64,000 nucleotides of DNA from Balanoglossus misakiensis. Taxonomy: Eukaryota > Animalia > Hemichordata. Position numbers and translations under genes: made by a program. Below, piece after piece: positions 54,901 to 64,000 of this stretch. Under the pieces are notes generated by a model that did no database searches, was not told where the DNA came from, and saw only the letters and a list, made by a program, of their open reading frames with translations. Within the stretch, counting starts at the first letter, position 1; each line of letters opens with the position of its first letter. The stretch is from NCBI GenBank assembly GCA_040954595.2, contig CM082585.2, positions 2,944,902 to 3,008,901 of the forward strand. Direction: 5' to 3'.

Positions 54901-57900
54901 ACCAAATAAACATAATACAAACACTTAAATTCCTTGACGTTTTAATTTGGAACTGCTGTTCATTAAGACTGCATTTCTGGAAACAACACCTATTTTACAA
55001 TAAATGTACTTTTCACACATCATAGAATCTCCAAATAATAAGAAAACAGTTTGAAAAGTGGCTTTTTGGGCAAAACGCACTGTTTTCTTGAGTGGCGCCA
55101 GTAAAACTTTTTGTTGGGAATTTTTTCACATAGAGTGGGTATATAATACATCATCATCTCCGAAAGTGAAGAAAATATAAGCACGATTATAATCACTATT
55201 ATAATCGCATTTATTGACATGCTTCTTAGTGATCAATAAAAGTTTTGGGTGGTTTCTAGAAATGACACTTTTTGAGCAAAAACTTGCCAAAAAGGCACTT
55301 TTATCTTGAGTGACATCAATAAAACTGCTTTTTTTTGGAAATTTTTCACGTATAGTGGGCATATAATACATTATCAGATCTCCGAAAGTGAAGAAAATAT
55401 ATAAATTTTGAGTGTTTTCTGAAAATGACGTTTTTGAGGCAAAAAGTGGCAAAATGGCATTTTTTTCTTGAGTAGGATCAATAAGACTGCTATTTCTGGA
55501 ATCAGCACCATTTTTTACATAGGATGAACATTTCATATATCACATGATCTCTGAGCTTTATGAAGAAAAGTTTGTTTTTAATGTTTTTTCTAAAAATGGC
55601 CTTTTTGGGCAAAAACTTTCCAAAAGGGCATTTTTGCATTAGGTTGGGTCAACAAATCTGCTTTTTTTGGAATAATCACCAAATTTTACATAGGGTGGGC
55701 ATATAATACATTATCAGATCTCCGAAAGTGAAGAAAATATATAAATTTTGAGTGTTTTCTAAAAATGACGTTTTTGGGCAAAAAGTGGCAAAAATGGCAT
55801 TTTTTCTTGAGTAGGGTCAATAAGACTGCTATTTCTGGAATCAGCACCATTTTTTACATAGAATGGACATTTCATATATCCAATGATCTCTGAATATGAA
55901 GAACACAATTTGTTTTTAGTTTTTTTGTAAAAATGACCTTTTTTGACCTCGAAAAGTGGCCAAAAATGGCATTTTTGTATTGATTGAGGTCAAAAAGACT
56001 GCTTTATTTTTTAAAGTCACCACTTTTAACATAGAATTGACTTTCCATATATCACCAGATAAATCATTATGTGTGTTTTATTTTTTTTTCTAAAAATGAC
56101 ATTTTTGGGGCAAAAAATGGTCAAAAAGGCAATTTTGTGTTGTTTTAGGTCAATCGGACTACTTTTTTCGTAATATTCACCAAATTTTACATAGAATAAG
56201 CATATCGTATGTCATCAGATCTCAGAATGTGACGAAAACAGTGTGTTTTTAGTGTTTTCTAAAAAAGACCATTTTTGGGTTAAAAATGGGCAAAATGGCA
56301 ATTTTGTCTTGAGTGGGGTCAATAAGACTGACATTTTTGGAATCAGCACCATTTTTTTTACATGGAATGGACTTCTCAAACCTTCCTCACCAAAAATTCT
56401 GATTAACGGCACCTAGCTCCTGGACTAATTGTCTTGCCCAAAATATGCTGAAAAATTGCTGTTCAGCGAAGCAGTGCGATCAGCAGTGCGCAATCGACGT
56501 TTTTCTGGCGGGTTGTCGGTAAAGTCCTCCCAAGCGATTGCAATAAACTCAGCCTGGCCAGACACCGGTTTGACGAGCTGTAAAATCCACTGACAAAGTA
56601 AAACTTGAAGTAGTGGCGGATTTAAAATTTTCCACAGACTCTTAAATAGGCAAGCAGAATCGTTGTTCACGGTCCCTCCGTGGGAATTGCCGAATGATAT
56701 TGTAATGTCCGAGCAATGGACCAAATGTGAGTCGATGTGTGTTAGATTGCTTGATAGGTACCCAATCGCGATTGCACCCGAACACGCGACTGGTTTCGAT
56801 ACTCCCTAGTCAGATCAGCAATCATTCGCTTAAACTAAAATACCATTATTCCAAACTGACGTAAACCAAGTTTCCGTAATCGTTGGCCTTCTCGTGTCCC
56901 CGACAGTTTGGTACGAGTTTGCGCCTTGAAGTTCAACGAATGATCTCACGACCAGCAACTGAGAGTCATTAGTAGAAGTATAATGCAACTGAGAGTCATT
57001 AGTGCGCTGTGGTCGCTACTCGAACACTCTCGCCATACGTAGGACTATCCACGAACATTCGAAAATTTAGCTTTGGCGAGACTGTACAGTATCAGGTTTA
57101 TGTTTTATAGATACTACTAGTACATGTTGAAGAAGTAGAGTGACTATGTTTTCTGTTGGTGGGGTCATAATTTACCACGTTTATATGATTGTCAACCGTG
57201 TGCTGAAAGTCAGTGATGTGTGCTTGAATCAACCAGTTGTATCAGGCGCGCGAGTATAACTACGGCTACGACTAGACTGTTCGCACCACATACTCCTGTT
57301 GTTTTGCATCATAGTCTCTTCATGGTGCTGTCCATGATTGCGGCAAAGTTTACACAACTCAGATCTCTCATAGCATGTACTCTTTGTTTGAAGTGTAATT
57401 GATCTCCTATATATAGCAAATTTTGAACACTTTACACCTCTGCGCGTCTCTGAAGATTGACAGCTGTTTGAATGACATGGCCATTGTCTCCCAGGGACGC
57501 GATCCATTGTTCTGAAAAGCACTGAAACCAGATTTCGCTCAAAATCATCGTTTTTTCAAAAGCTCGTGTACTTTTTCGTCGATAACTTTATGTTGTGTGT
57601 GTTTATAAAGCCGACTACTGTCGTGGTGTGGAATATTTCTTTATGCTTAGACCTGTTTGGGCCGATTTTCATAGACCCAAGATTGTTGGTGTTGTCTGTT
57701 GTCAGTCAAACGGCATTAAGATTCGCCACCGATTTGGGGGCCTTTTATACCCCGCACCGGGGTTTAAGATTATTTACATTACTTTCTGAAAGCATAATCA
57801 CACATTTCATATAATGCCTATTATGACTTGCTGCAGCGATCTTTCAGGAAACCAAATAGAATCATTTTCGAGTCGTCTGTTCCAGGGATTGACTAACATA

Positions 57901-60900
57901 GCAAAATTGTAAGTATTTGTATAAGGTCAATTGACATGTGCAGTGTATTTATCTTCGTTTTTTGAAAATCTGCCAGGCGCTGTGTATTCTCAAGCAATGA
58001 ATTCTTTTATATTTTACCATACTGCACTTTTTTCCTGTCCCAGCGCAACACTGCCATGAGGTGAAATTGGAACAATACTATCGCTAATTTGTAATACACG
58101 CAGATCGTATCGTACCCTACGCATAATTTGAAACTGTATGCCAATAACTGATAAGAGAGATAATGTGGATTGTATATTCAGATTCCTATTATCCAAATTC
58201 CTTTTTCATCACATTGTGAAATTAACGAAAGTTAGTATAAAGGAAATGTATATTACTTTGCAGAGTAATAAGAGATAACGATCTTCTTACCTTGTCAGAA
58301 GGTATTTTTAACTCTGTACCTAAACTGAGACATCTGTGAGTATCTGACATTTTTTTAAATTGTTCAATGTGGCAGAAATGTGTTCATCCGTGACGACTTC
58401 CTGTTAACGAGCTTCTGTGCTTCGTGGGTTTTTATTCCATCATTCAACCTACGTCATTCGTATGTACATCAAAATTTGGAATTTGAATGTTCACAAAGAT
58501 CGTACTCAATATCATTGTGCATTACATGGTGGCAGATAACTAAAATAACTCTCAGAGCAGTAATCCTTTAGAAGGAATTTTTAGAACTCTTTTAGAATAC
58601 ATGTAGTTAAACAATTGTATTGTACAGAAGCAAATAAATGGCTTCTATGTTCTGACACAGTTGAATGTTTCCAGTGCGAGAACGCTGTCTGTAATTACAG
58701 TAACATATACATCTTTTCCGTCCTAGGAATATGGAGGTCAATAGAATTACCTTTTATCCCGAGACACTTTTCGATGAACTGGACCATCTCTCCAAACTGT
58801 AAGTATTACAGCCAATTGCGCTGTTTGTGATGGGGAAACAACAGAAATCCGCAATCTTGGCATACCTGCTGTCGCTCGAATGATCAAAGATATTTCATGT
58901 CCTTTGATTTTATGACAGATTGATCTTTGTGCCCACCGCAGTACATGTATTTCATTTATTCTTGCAATGCTTCGAAATATTTTCTTTGTTTAGCTTTAAA
59001 CTGGTGCAGAAAACATGGTCACTACCAAACACTCTCATAAAAATTATATTAAGAATTCCAGAGGCTGAAACATCGGCCTTGTTTTAGACGTCTCACTATG
59101 CCTATGTAGTTTCTGATTCGTTTTTTTTTTAATTCTATAGGAAAACCAAACTTATTGATAGAATGCTTTGAACGAAGGTTAATGTGGTCTTCTTATACAT
59201 TCCCTTGCAGTGTTTCTGATGATTACGCTTTCTGCTGTCTGGCCGGCTATGAAGAGGGTAGAATTACAGACTGTGTACCATCCAGTGACATATTCTCGTC
59301 ATGCACTGACTTGATCAGCGACACCTTCATGCGATTTGTCATCTGGGTCGTGGGGTTGGTAGCGTTCATCGGTAACCTGGTGGTGTTACTTCGACAGGTT
59401 AGTCTCTACGACACCGACAAAAGCAAGGTGAGCATGATACTGATCACCAACCTTGCTTTGGCGGACATCTTGATGGGCTCCTTCCTCATGATCATCGCCA
59501 TTGCCGATGTCTACTACAGAGGAATATACGTCACACACTCTAGACAGTGGAGAATCAACGACTTCTGCGTCATAGCTGGCGCAATGGCCACCGTATCCAC
59601 TTTGATGTCGGTGTTCATCGTGGGCCTCATGGCTGTGCAGTGTGCCTTGGTGGCAATGTTCCCTCTAGGCAATGTCTTCATCACGCCATTCGGTTCCAAA
59701 GCGCTCCTCTTCATTGCCTGGTCCTTTAGCGTGTTAGCTGCTGTTGCACCGAAGCTCGACTTTGAGTACTTCGACGAATTTTTCTACGGCCGCACTGGAA
59801 TGTGCCTGCCAATTCACCTGCACAGTGATAAAACGCCGGGGTGGGAATACGCCATGTTCATATACATTATCTCTGTTGGCGTGGGGATCATTGTGGCCGT
59901 AGGTTCCTATGTGGCAGATAGGGTTGGCAAGAAACGAAGTGAGGATTACAGTAACGTTCGCGTCAATATGGTTGAGGAGAGCCTAGTAGCAGTGACCTCT
60001 ATCTTGGTAAAAACTGACCTCCTGTGCTGGATACCCGTTGTTATCATTGGTCTATTAGCTATTGGAGGAACAGGGATCCACTCAAACCTGTATGCGTGGA
60101 CATTCATCGTCATTCTACCCTTTAACGCGGCTTTGAATCCGATTCTGTTCAACTACAGAAGTAAGGAGATAGTTAAGAAGAAACTGATGGAGGATGAAAA
60201 TGTCCGCCCAATCGGTAAAAATATAAGACATGTATAGACTAACTATGATCCCTCTGTCCCATAAGAAAAACCTTCGCTTCGTTCATCGACAAGGCATCAT
60301 AATGATTATTAATCAGGGTAGCTGGGATTGCTAGAGATTACGTCTATATCGCCCATACATCACACATCATTCACTGTTACATACTACATCCTCTCTTTTT
60401 TGATATACTATATTCAAAATCGGTGTCGACAATGACAACGGTTTTTAAATTAACACACACTATGCTAACATAGCTGGCCGTTTTAGCATTGTGGAAGAAA
60501 ACGAAATCTGGTGTTGATACACATACAACAAATACTGAAAAATTAGCCAAAAGATGAAGCTAGGGGATACGTTATGGCGACATATTCGATGGTATGCATG
60601 AGTTATTCGGACGATTTTTATTATGTTTACGAAGAATGATGATCTGGACAGTATCAAAGGTAGGAACTTAATGTCTATGAGAATCAGGCTCTCACTCATT
60701 TCTCTGTTATTCAGACCCGGCAACAGTGCAAGCTGTCTTTTACGATATTGTGACCACTCGATTGTTCTACGTGATTCCCCCAAGTCTAGTCGCTCACCTG
60801 TCAATGACAGCATGGCTGGCTTACAGCGAAGCCAACTACATCACTCAACTGGACATCAAAACTATGATCAATGACGTCAAGAAGGCGCTGTCAAATTTAT

Positions 60901-60962
60901 ATAAGCGGGGGCTCTACCATGGCAGTGTGGACTTCGATCACCTTTTAATTTATGTCGACGCT
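21864..60962 (+). CDS. Giant mosaic GRL101-like (LDLa-LRR, LGR type C) GPCR with a multi-lectin ectodomain and a C-terminal kinase-like exon; 3' end not located
   Basis: 28 exons join in phase with no stop (5631 nt). The LDLa array, LRRNT/LRR, hinge (FCC..C.P..DIFSSC.DL) and 7TM fit GRL101-like receptors. Confidence 0.8.
21975..22150. repeat. GA-rich low-complexity repeat
   Basis: Degenerate (GA)n purine tract. Confidence 0.9.
22351..22497 (+). CDS. Trefoil (P-type) domain exon
   Basis: [25 protein letters not shown] six-cysteine pattern, 147 nt, phase 1-1. Confidence 0.8.
22757..23753. mobile_element. Non-autonomous TIR element with TAG...CTA ends (Academ-like)
   Basis: TIR tagactctctcacagccc / gggctgtgagagagtcta, flanks atgt and atgg, subterminal hairpins at both ends. 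Confidence 0.75.
23814..24140 (+). CDS. F-type lectin/discoidin-like domain, first half
   Basis: NIALNK..TVDG..NCH..VIDL..YNV..V..R, 327 nt, phase 1-1. Confidence 0.75.
24290..25064 (-). mobile_element. Helentron/HINE-like non-autonomous element, copy 1
   Basis: Terminal hairpin agctcggctgacacaagtgacagcagagct, (GGAC)n tract and ~137-bp internal tandem units. A second copy in opposite orientation lies at 61159-63495. Confidence 0.7.
26103..26911 (+). mobile_element. Internally deleted Tigger/pogo transposon
   Basis: TA TSD, 23-bp TIR cagtagaccctcgctaagtcgcg and repeated subterminal taagtcgcg motifs. Confidence 0.92.
26545..26772 (+). CDS. Truncated pogo/Tigger transposase (HTH_psq/CENP-B N-terminal domain only)
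   Basis: [49 protein letters not shown]. Confidence 0.75.
   Translation: MSKRKLASVSVREKLSAIERVKNGVAKAKVARDLGVGESTIRGWMKTEEKLRQFVFEVDEEAGLSRKRAKHVMVT
27996..28727. mobile_element. Non-autonomous TTAA element (Kolobok-like), copy 2, inverted relative to copy 1
   Basis: Same TIR and TTAA TSD as 14710-15444, with a reverse-complementary body. Confidence 0.9.
30374..31280 (-). pseudogene. Tyrosine recombinase of the Ngaro element (frameshift near 31205)
   Basis: [19 protein letters not shown] and [11 protein letters not shown] motifs. Confidence 0.9.
31282..32990 (-). pseudogene. Reverse transcriptase/RNase H of the Ngaro element (frameshift near 31560-31600)
   Basis: [37 protein letters not shown] and [15 protein letters not shown] motifs. 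Confidence 0.92.
32830..34005 (-). pseudogene. Gag-like ORF1 of the Ngaro element (stop at 33961, frameshift near 33220)
   Basis: [19 protein letters not shown] and a C-terminal Cys/His finger CWRF..C..CRFDHKC..CG..H..C. Confidence 0.8.
35871..36407. mobile_element. Non-autonomous TIR element (MITE)
   Basis: ~27-bp TIR cattacgttaccactccattaaaa, inserted in the right arm of the foldback element. Confidence 0.8.
36725..36991 (+). CDS. F-type lectin/discoidin-like domain, second half
   Basis: ..[23 protein letters not shown] matches the C..GRYV..L..CEVEV pattern. 267 nt, phase 1-1. Confidence 0.75.
37639..37758 (+). CDS. EGF domain exon
   Basis: [35 protein letters not shown]. Confidence 0.93.
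37872..38069. repeat. (TACA)n microsatellite
   Basis: Seen directly in the sequence. Confidence 0.97.
38852..39127 (+). CDS. Link (Xlink)-like module exon
   Basis: [25 protein letters not shown] four-cysteine pattern, 276 nt, phase 1-1. Confidence 0.72.
39312..39760 (+). CDS. FA58C/discoidin domain, exon a
   Basis: [39 protein letters not shown]. Confidence 0.92.
40264..40417 (+). CDS. FA58C/discoidin domain, exon b
   Basis: [20 protein letters not shown], phase 0 to phase 1. Confidence 0.9.
40983..41285 (+). CDS. PAN/apple domain exon
   Basis: [20 protein letters not shown] four-cysteine PAN core, 303 nt, phase 1-1. Confidence 0.78.
41758..42195 (+). CDS. CUB domain exon
   Basis: [47 protein letters not shown]. 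Confidence 0.93.
42404..42622 (+). CDS. C-type lectin exon a
   Basis: [34 protein letters not shown]. Confidence 0.9.
42872..42953 (+). CDS. C-type lectin exon b
   Basis: [23 protein letters not shown], phase 1 to phase 2. Confidence 0.9.
43320..43480 (+). CDS. C-type lectin exon c (QPD, galactose type)
   Basis: [23 protein letters not shown]. Confidence 0.9.
43871..43909 (+). CDS. Linker micro-exon
   Basis: 39 nt, phase 1-1, ttttgacag acceptor and GTAAGA donor. Confidence 0.6.
43925..44070. repeat. Compound (GAAC)/(AATC)/(GGAT) microsatellite
   Basis: Seen directly in the sequence. Confidence 0.9.
44273..44392 (+). CDS. LDLa repeat 1
   Basis: [26 protein letters not shown]. Confidence 0.93.
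44619..44726 (+). CDS. LDLa repeat 2
   Basis: [25 protein letters not shown]. Confidence 0.93.
45217..45339 (+). CDS. LDLa repeat 3
   Basis: [25 protein letters not shown]. Confidence 0.9.
45921..46055 (+). CDS. LDLa repeat 4
   Basis: [26 protein letters not shown]. Confidence 0.9.
46396..46563 (+). CDS. LDLa-like repeat 5 (GRL101-type variant)
   Basis: [24 protein letters not shown]. Confidence 0.88.
46802..46924 (+). CDS. LDLa repeat 6
   Basis: [30 protein letters not shown]. Confidence 0.92.
47218..47337 (+). CDS. LDLa repeat 7
   Basis: [32 protein letters not shown]. Confidence 0.9.
47614..53164 (-). mobile_element. Zator-like DNA transposon, full length, inside a GPCR intron
   Basis: TTA TSD on both sides, imperfect TIR GGGTGAC...TTTCTCATCTCC, and a transposase with DDK, DHDF, DGGPD and APG.S..N..ER motifs. 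Confidence 0.82.
47750..52981 (-). pseudogene. Spliced Zator-like DDE transposase (frameshift near 49600)
   Basis: Exons near 52981-52652, 51694-51561, 51353-~48575, 48322-48160 and a last exon ending [15 protein letters not shown]. The C-terminus is Cys-rich. Confidence 0.75.
53261..53366 (+). CDS. LRRNT exon
   Basis: [20 protein letters not shown], phase 1 to phase 2. Confidence 0.9.
53641..53736 (+). CDS. Divergent LRR exon
   Basis: 96 nt, phase 2-2, LDLAGNN..F...V.EL. Confidence 0.7.
53845..56420. mobile_element. Foldback-type element with ~300-bp TIRs and internal tandem subrepeats
   Basis: 53845-54142 is reverse complementary to about 56118-56420. Related subunits repeat across 55000-56100. 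Confidence 0.85.
54143..54815. mobile_element. Crypton-like non-autonomous element nested in the foldback
   Basis: Hairpin gtattgtccgagacgcgcagcgtcgaggacaatac, inverted repeat tattattatacacc (~54242) / ggtgtataataata (~54757), and a ctgattgg motif. Confidence 0.55.
57837..57908 (+). CDS. LRR exon
   Basis: 72 nt, phase 2-2, [25 protein letters not shown]. Confidence 0.92.
58264..58335 (+). CDS. LRR exon
   Basis: 72 nt, phase 2-2, [25 protein letters not shown]. Confidence 0.9.
58727..58798 (+). CDS. LRR exon
   Basis: 72 nt, phase 2-2, [25 protein letters not shown]. Confidence 0.9.
59211..60214 (+). CDS. Hinge and rhodopsin-class 7TM exon (GRL101/RXFP-like)
   Basis: [66 protein letters not shown] and [13 protein letters not shown]. 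Confidence 0.95.
60715..60962 (+). CDS. Cytoplasmic exon resembling protein-kinase subdomain VI (pseudokinase-like)
   Basis: The phase-1 acceptor matches the 7TM exon donor. Encodes [32 protein letters not shown] and ends in a GTAAGT donor. Confidence 0.65.
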
Positions 60963-61158
60963 GTAAGTGAATCATGTTCTCCAGACCACAGCACGTTTGC
61001 CTTTATCAAATAAGCCACTTTCATGGCCCCTATGTGACCTTTACACAGTGAGATTTTGTTGTTATGGGTTTGCCGTTTTCTTTAAACTCTCAAACAGTCG
61101 ACCATCCTGAAAATTGGTGTGGGTGATCAACTGTGAAGACAATGGAAACATCGTCTTT

Positions 61159-63495
61159 TTAGCTCTGCTGTCACTTGTGTCAGCCGAGCTGTAGCAGTAA
61201 GTGTCCGTCCGTCGTCCGTCAACTTTTGGTATTTCAATCTTCTTCTTTAAAACAACTTGGCATATTTAGCTGAAATTTGGTTGGAATGTGTGTTATGGTG
61301 CCCTTAACTGATTTTGTAAATTTGGATTTGATGGGGTCATGAATATGCAAATTAGATCTAAAAATAGAATTTTTGGTCAAAAATCTTCTTCTCCATAACT
61401 TCATGTACGATGGAGCTGAAATTTGGTAGGAATGTGTGTTATGGTGCCCCTACCTGATTTTGATAATTTGGATTTGATCGGGTCATGAATATGCAAATTA
61501 GATCTAAAAAAAGAAGTTTTGGTAAACATCTTCTTCTCCACAACTACATGTACAATGGAGATGAAATTTGGTAGGAATGTGTGTTATGGTGCCCCTACCT
61601 TATTTTGTAAATTTGGAATTGATGGGGTCATGAATATGCAAAGTAGATCTAAAAATTGAAATTTTGGTCAAAAATCTTCTTCTCCACAACTACATGTACA
61701 ATGGAGCTGAAATTTGGTAGGAATGTGTGTTATGGTGCCCCTACCTGATTTTGTTAATTTGGATATGATGGGGTCATAAATATGCAAATTAGAACCTTGG
61801 TGCTTCCTATTTATGTTGTTCTTTAGGATTCAATTCTTTCTTTCTTTAGCAAAATAGTCAAGTAAATATAGGGCTAGACCCACCACAAATTGCAACAGAA
61901 TTTTTTTCTTCAGAATATACTTTGGAGAGGTGTCTAGAACAACATATTAAAAATGCACCCGAATCCACCTTGTGGAAATATGTCTAATTTGCATAAATTT
62001 AATATTAGAGATTTTGGGGCCAAATATCAAGAAATAGACGCTTTTTTCCATGATTTTAAAGTTTAAAAACTATTTCATGTTCATGACAAAACATTTTGGA
62101 ATAATATTTGACATGGGCAGTTTTCATAATTTGTATAAATTCAATATGGCAGACAGTATTCCTAAAAAACATATTTGGGCTATATATTGGATACTTAGTA
62201 AGCTATTTTAGTGTTTTTAATTCAAAATTACCTCTATGACATTTGAAACAATGTTAAAAATATCTTGTTTACATTTACACTTTATATTTTGCATAAATCT
62301 AATATTGCCGCCAAATGAATATTCGACAGCTTATCATACTCCGGCATATATAATAAGGTTCTGGCATAGAAAATATGTTGTAGCATTAGGATTATATACA
62401 AAAGAGAATGAAAAATGCTTCCAGATTCAAGCATATACTGTAAAGTAGGTCCAAGTTACAGCTAATGGAGTAAAAAAATAGTAAGGTAATATCTCAGTTT
62501 ATTTAACAGGTGTTAGTCGTGTAACCAATTCGCCAGAATACGTTTCAGCTGATTTTTAAGACTTAGATATATGATTTTAAAATTATTTTCGGGCATAAAG
62601 TACGACTTACAAGTTAAATAATAATCTACAATCGTCATTTAATTGACATTTTAATACTATAGGAAGTATATCGTTAAACTGATTACTATACAGGTTTAAA
62701 GAAGTCATGTGATTATAATTATCTGTTGCATTGCTGTTATATTTTCGTTTTACATATTAATGAAAGAGAGTTTTATATTTGCTTCATTACTCATTCCTAG
62801 TGCTACAACATATATTCTATGCTAGAACCTTATTATATATGTCGGAGTATGATAAACTGTCAAACATTCATTTGGCGGCCATATTGGATTTATGCAAGTG
62901 CAAATGTAAACAATTTTTTTTCAAAATTGTTCCAAATGTCATAGAGGTAGTTTTGAATTAAAAAAAACACTAGAATTGCTTGCGTATTACCTGATATACT
63001 GCCCAAATATGTTTTTTTAGGAATACGTCTGCCATATTGAATTTATGCAAATTATGAAAACTGCCCATGTCAAATATTATTCCAAAATGGTTCTTCATGC
63101 ACATGAAATATTTTTAAACTTTAAAATCATGGAAATTCATGTTTATTTCTTGATATTTGGCCCAAAAATTTTCAATATTAAATTTATGCAAATTAGACAT
63201 ATTTCCACAAGGTTGATTCGGGTGCATTTTTGATATGTTGTTCTAGACACCTCTCCGAAATATATTCTGAAAAAAAAAATTCTGTTGCAATTTGTGGTGG
63301 GTTAGGTGCCCAAATCTCGTAGATTTACTAGACTACAATGAATCAAGCTGAATTAGGATAAATACTTGTGATGTCGATATTTGGTTTTGTTTACTAGAAT
63401 ACAAATGTTATGAATTAAAACCTAGGGTATTCATATCATTGCCCAGGTTACACTGTTAAAGTCAGCAGAGCTCTTTTGACCGATAGGTCACTTGT
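61159..63495 (+). mobile_element. Helentron/HINE-like element, copy 2, split by an insertion
   Basis: Reverse complement of 24290-25064. Homology stops at 61854 and resumes at 63336. Confidence 0.75.
61855..63335. mobile_element. Non-autonomous element with long TIRs and TAG...CTA ends (Academ-like)
   Basis: Ends tagtcaagtaaat and atttactagacta, several hundred bp of imperfect TIR. Comparison with the uninterrupted copy 1 gives a 3-bp target (aaa/caa). Confidence 0.78.
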
Positions 63496-64000
63496 ATTTA
63501 AAATTCGACGGGAGTTTCAAATCAATTGTACATTACAGCAAATATAAAATTATTGAAGAGCGGGAAAAAATACAATAACTAAGAAAAAAATAGCATCAAG
63601 GACACTGTGGTCCCATTTGAGGATTATGCAGAAACAGTGACACACCAGAATAAAAATTACAGGTGACATTGCAAGCAGATATGATCTTACGATATAGAAA
63701 TATGGAATGTAAAAAAATTAACAAGGAACATGCCCAATAAACTGTACAAGTGGTGCCAGAAAAAAATTGACCAAAAATTGTCTGTACAAACACATATGAG
63801 AAGCAACTTCTTTCAGTTAGCCCTGGAACAGACAGACAGACGCACACACTGACCTGCCACTTGTAATTAAAAATTTAATAGCTGGTGGTCTCTGTAACAG
63901 CTGGCCAATTAAAGTTATGTAAACATGTCTAAGTTGGGGGTAACAACTCCTTGTAAACAGTAACTTTCAAAACAACTGGACAATTGGTTTAGGAGAAGAT

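Noticed and set aside
56420-57800. Search for further LRR exons, and a gcaactgagagtcattagt duplication near 56957-57003
   Set aside because: No 72-nt phase-2 exon with LRR consensus was found. Probably an unclassified repeat.

Overview
AT-rich eukaryotic (intron-containing) DNA, most consistent with a marine invertebrate. The main feature is a + strand gene of about 28 exons (21864 to beyond 60962, about 1877 codons modelled, 3' end not found). It encodes a mosaic GRL101/LGR-type GPCR: signal peptide, trefoil, F-type-lectin-like, EGF, Link, FA58C, PAN, CUB, C-type lectin (QPD), 7 LDLa, LRRNT, about 4 LRR, 7TM, then an in-frame degenerate kinase-like exon. The 7TM has lost the DRY and NPxxY switches. 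Upstream is a secreted C-type lectin-HYR-REJ gene carrying a 16-bp frameshifting duplication. Introns and flanks are dense with transposons: Gypsy gag-protease, RTE-X LINE with TSD, Tx1, L2 and Crack fragments, an Ngaro YR retrotransposon with split direct repeats, an intron-containing Zator, a Tigger/pogo derivative, TTAA MITEs, Academ-like, Helentron-like and Crypton-like non-autonomous elements, and two foldback elements. Exon models and family calls were made by eye from splice sites, reading phase and remembered motifs; no database search was run.
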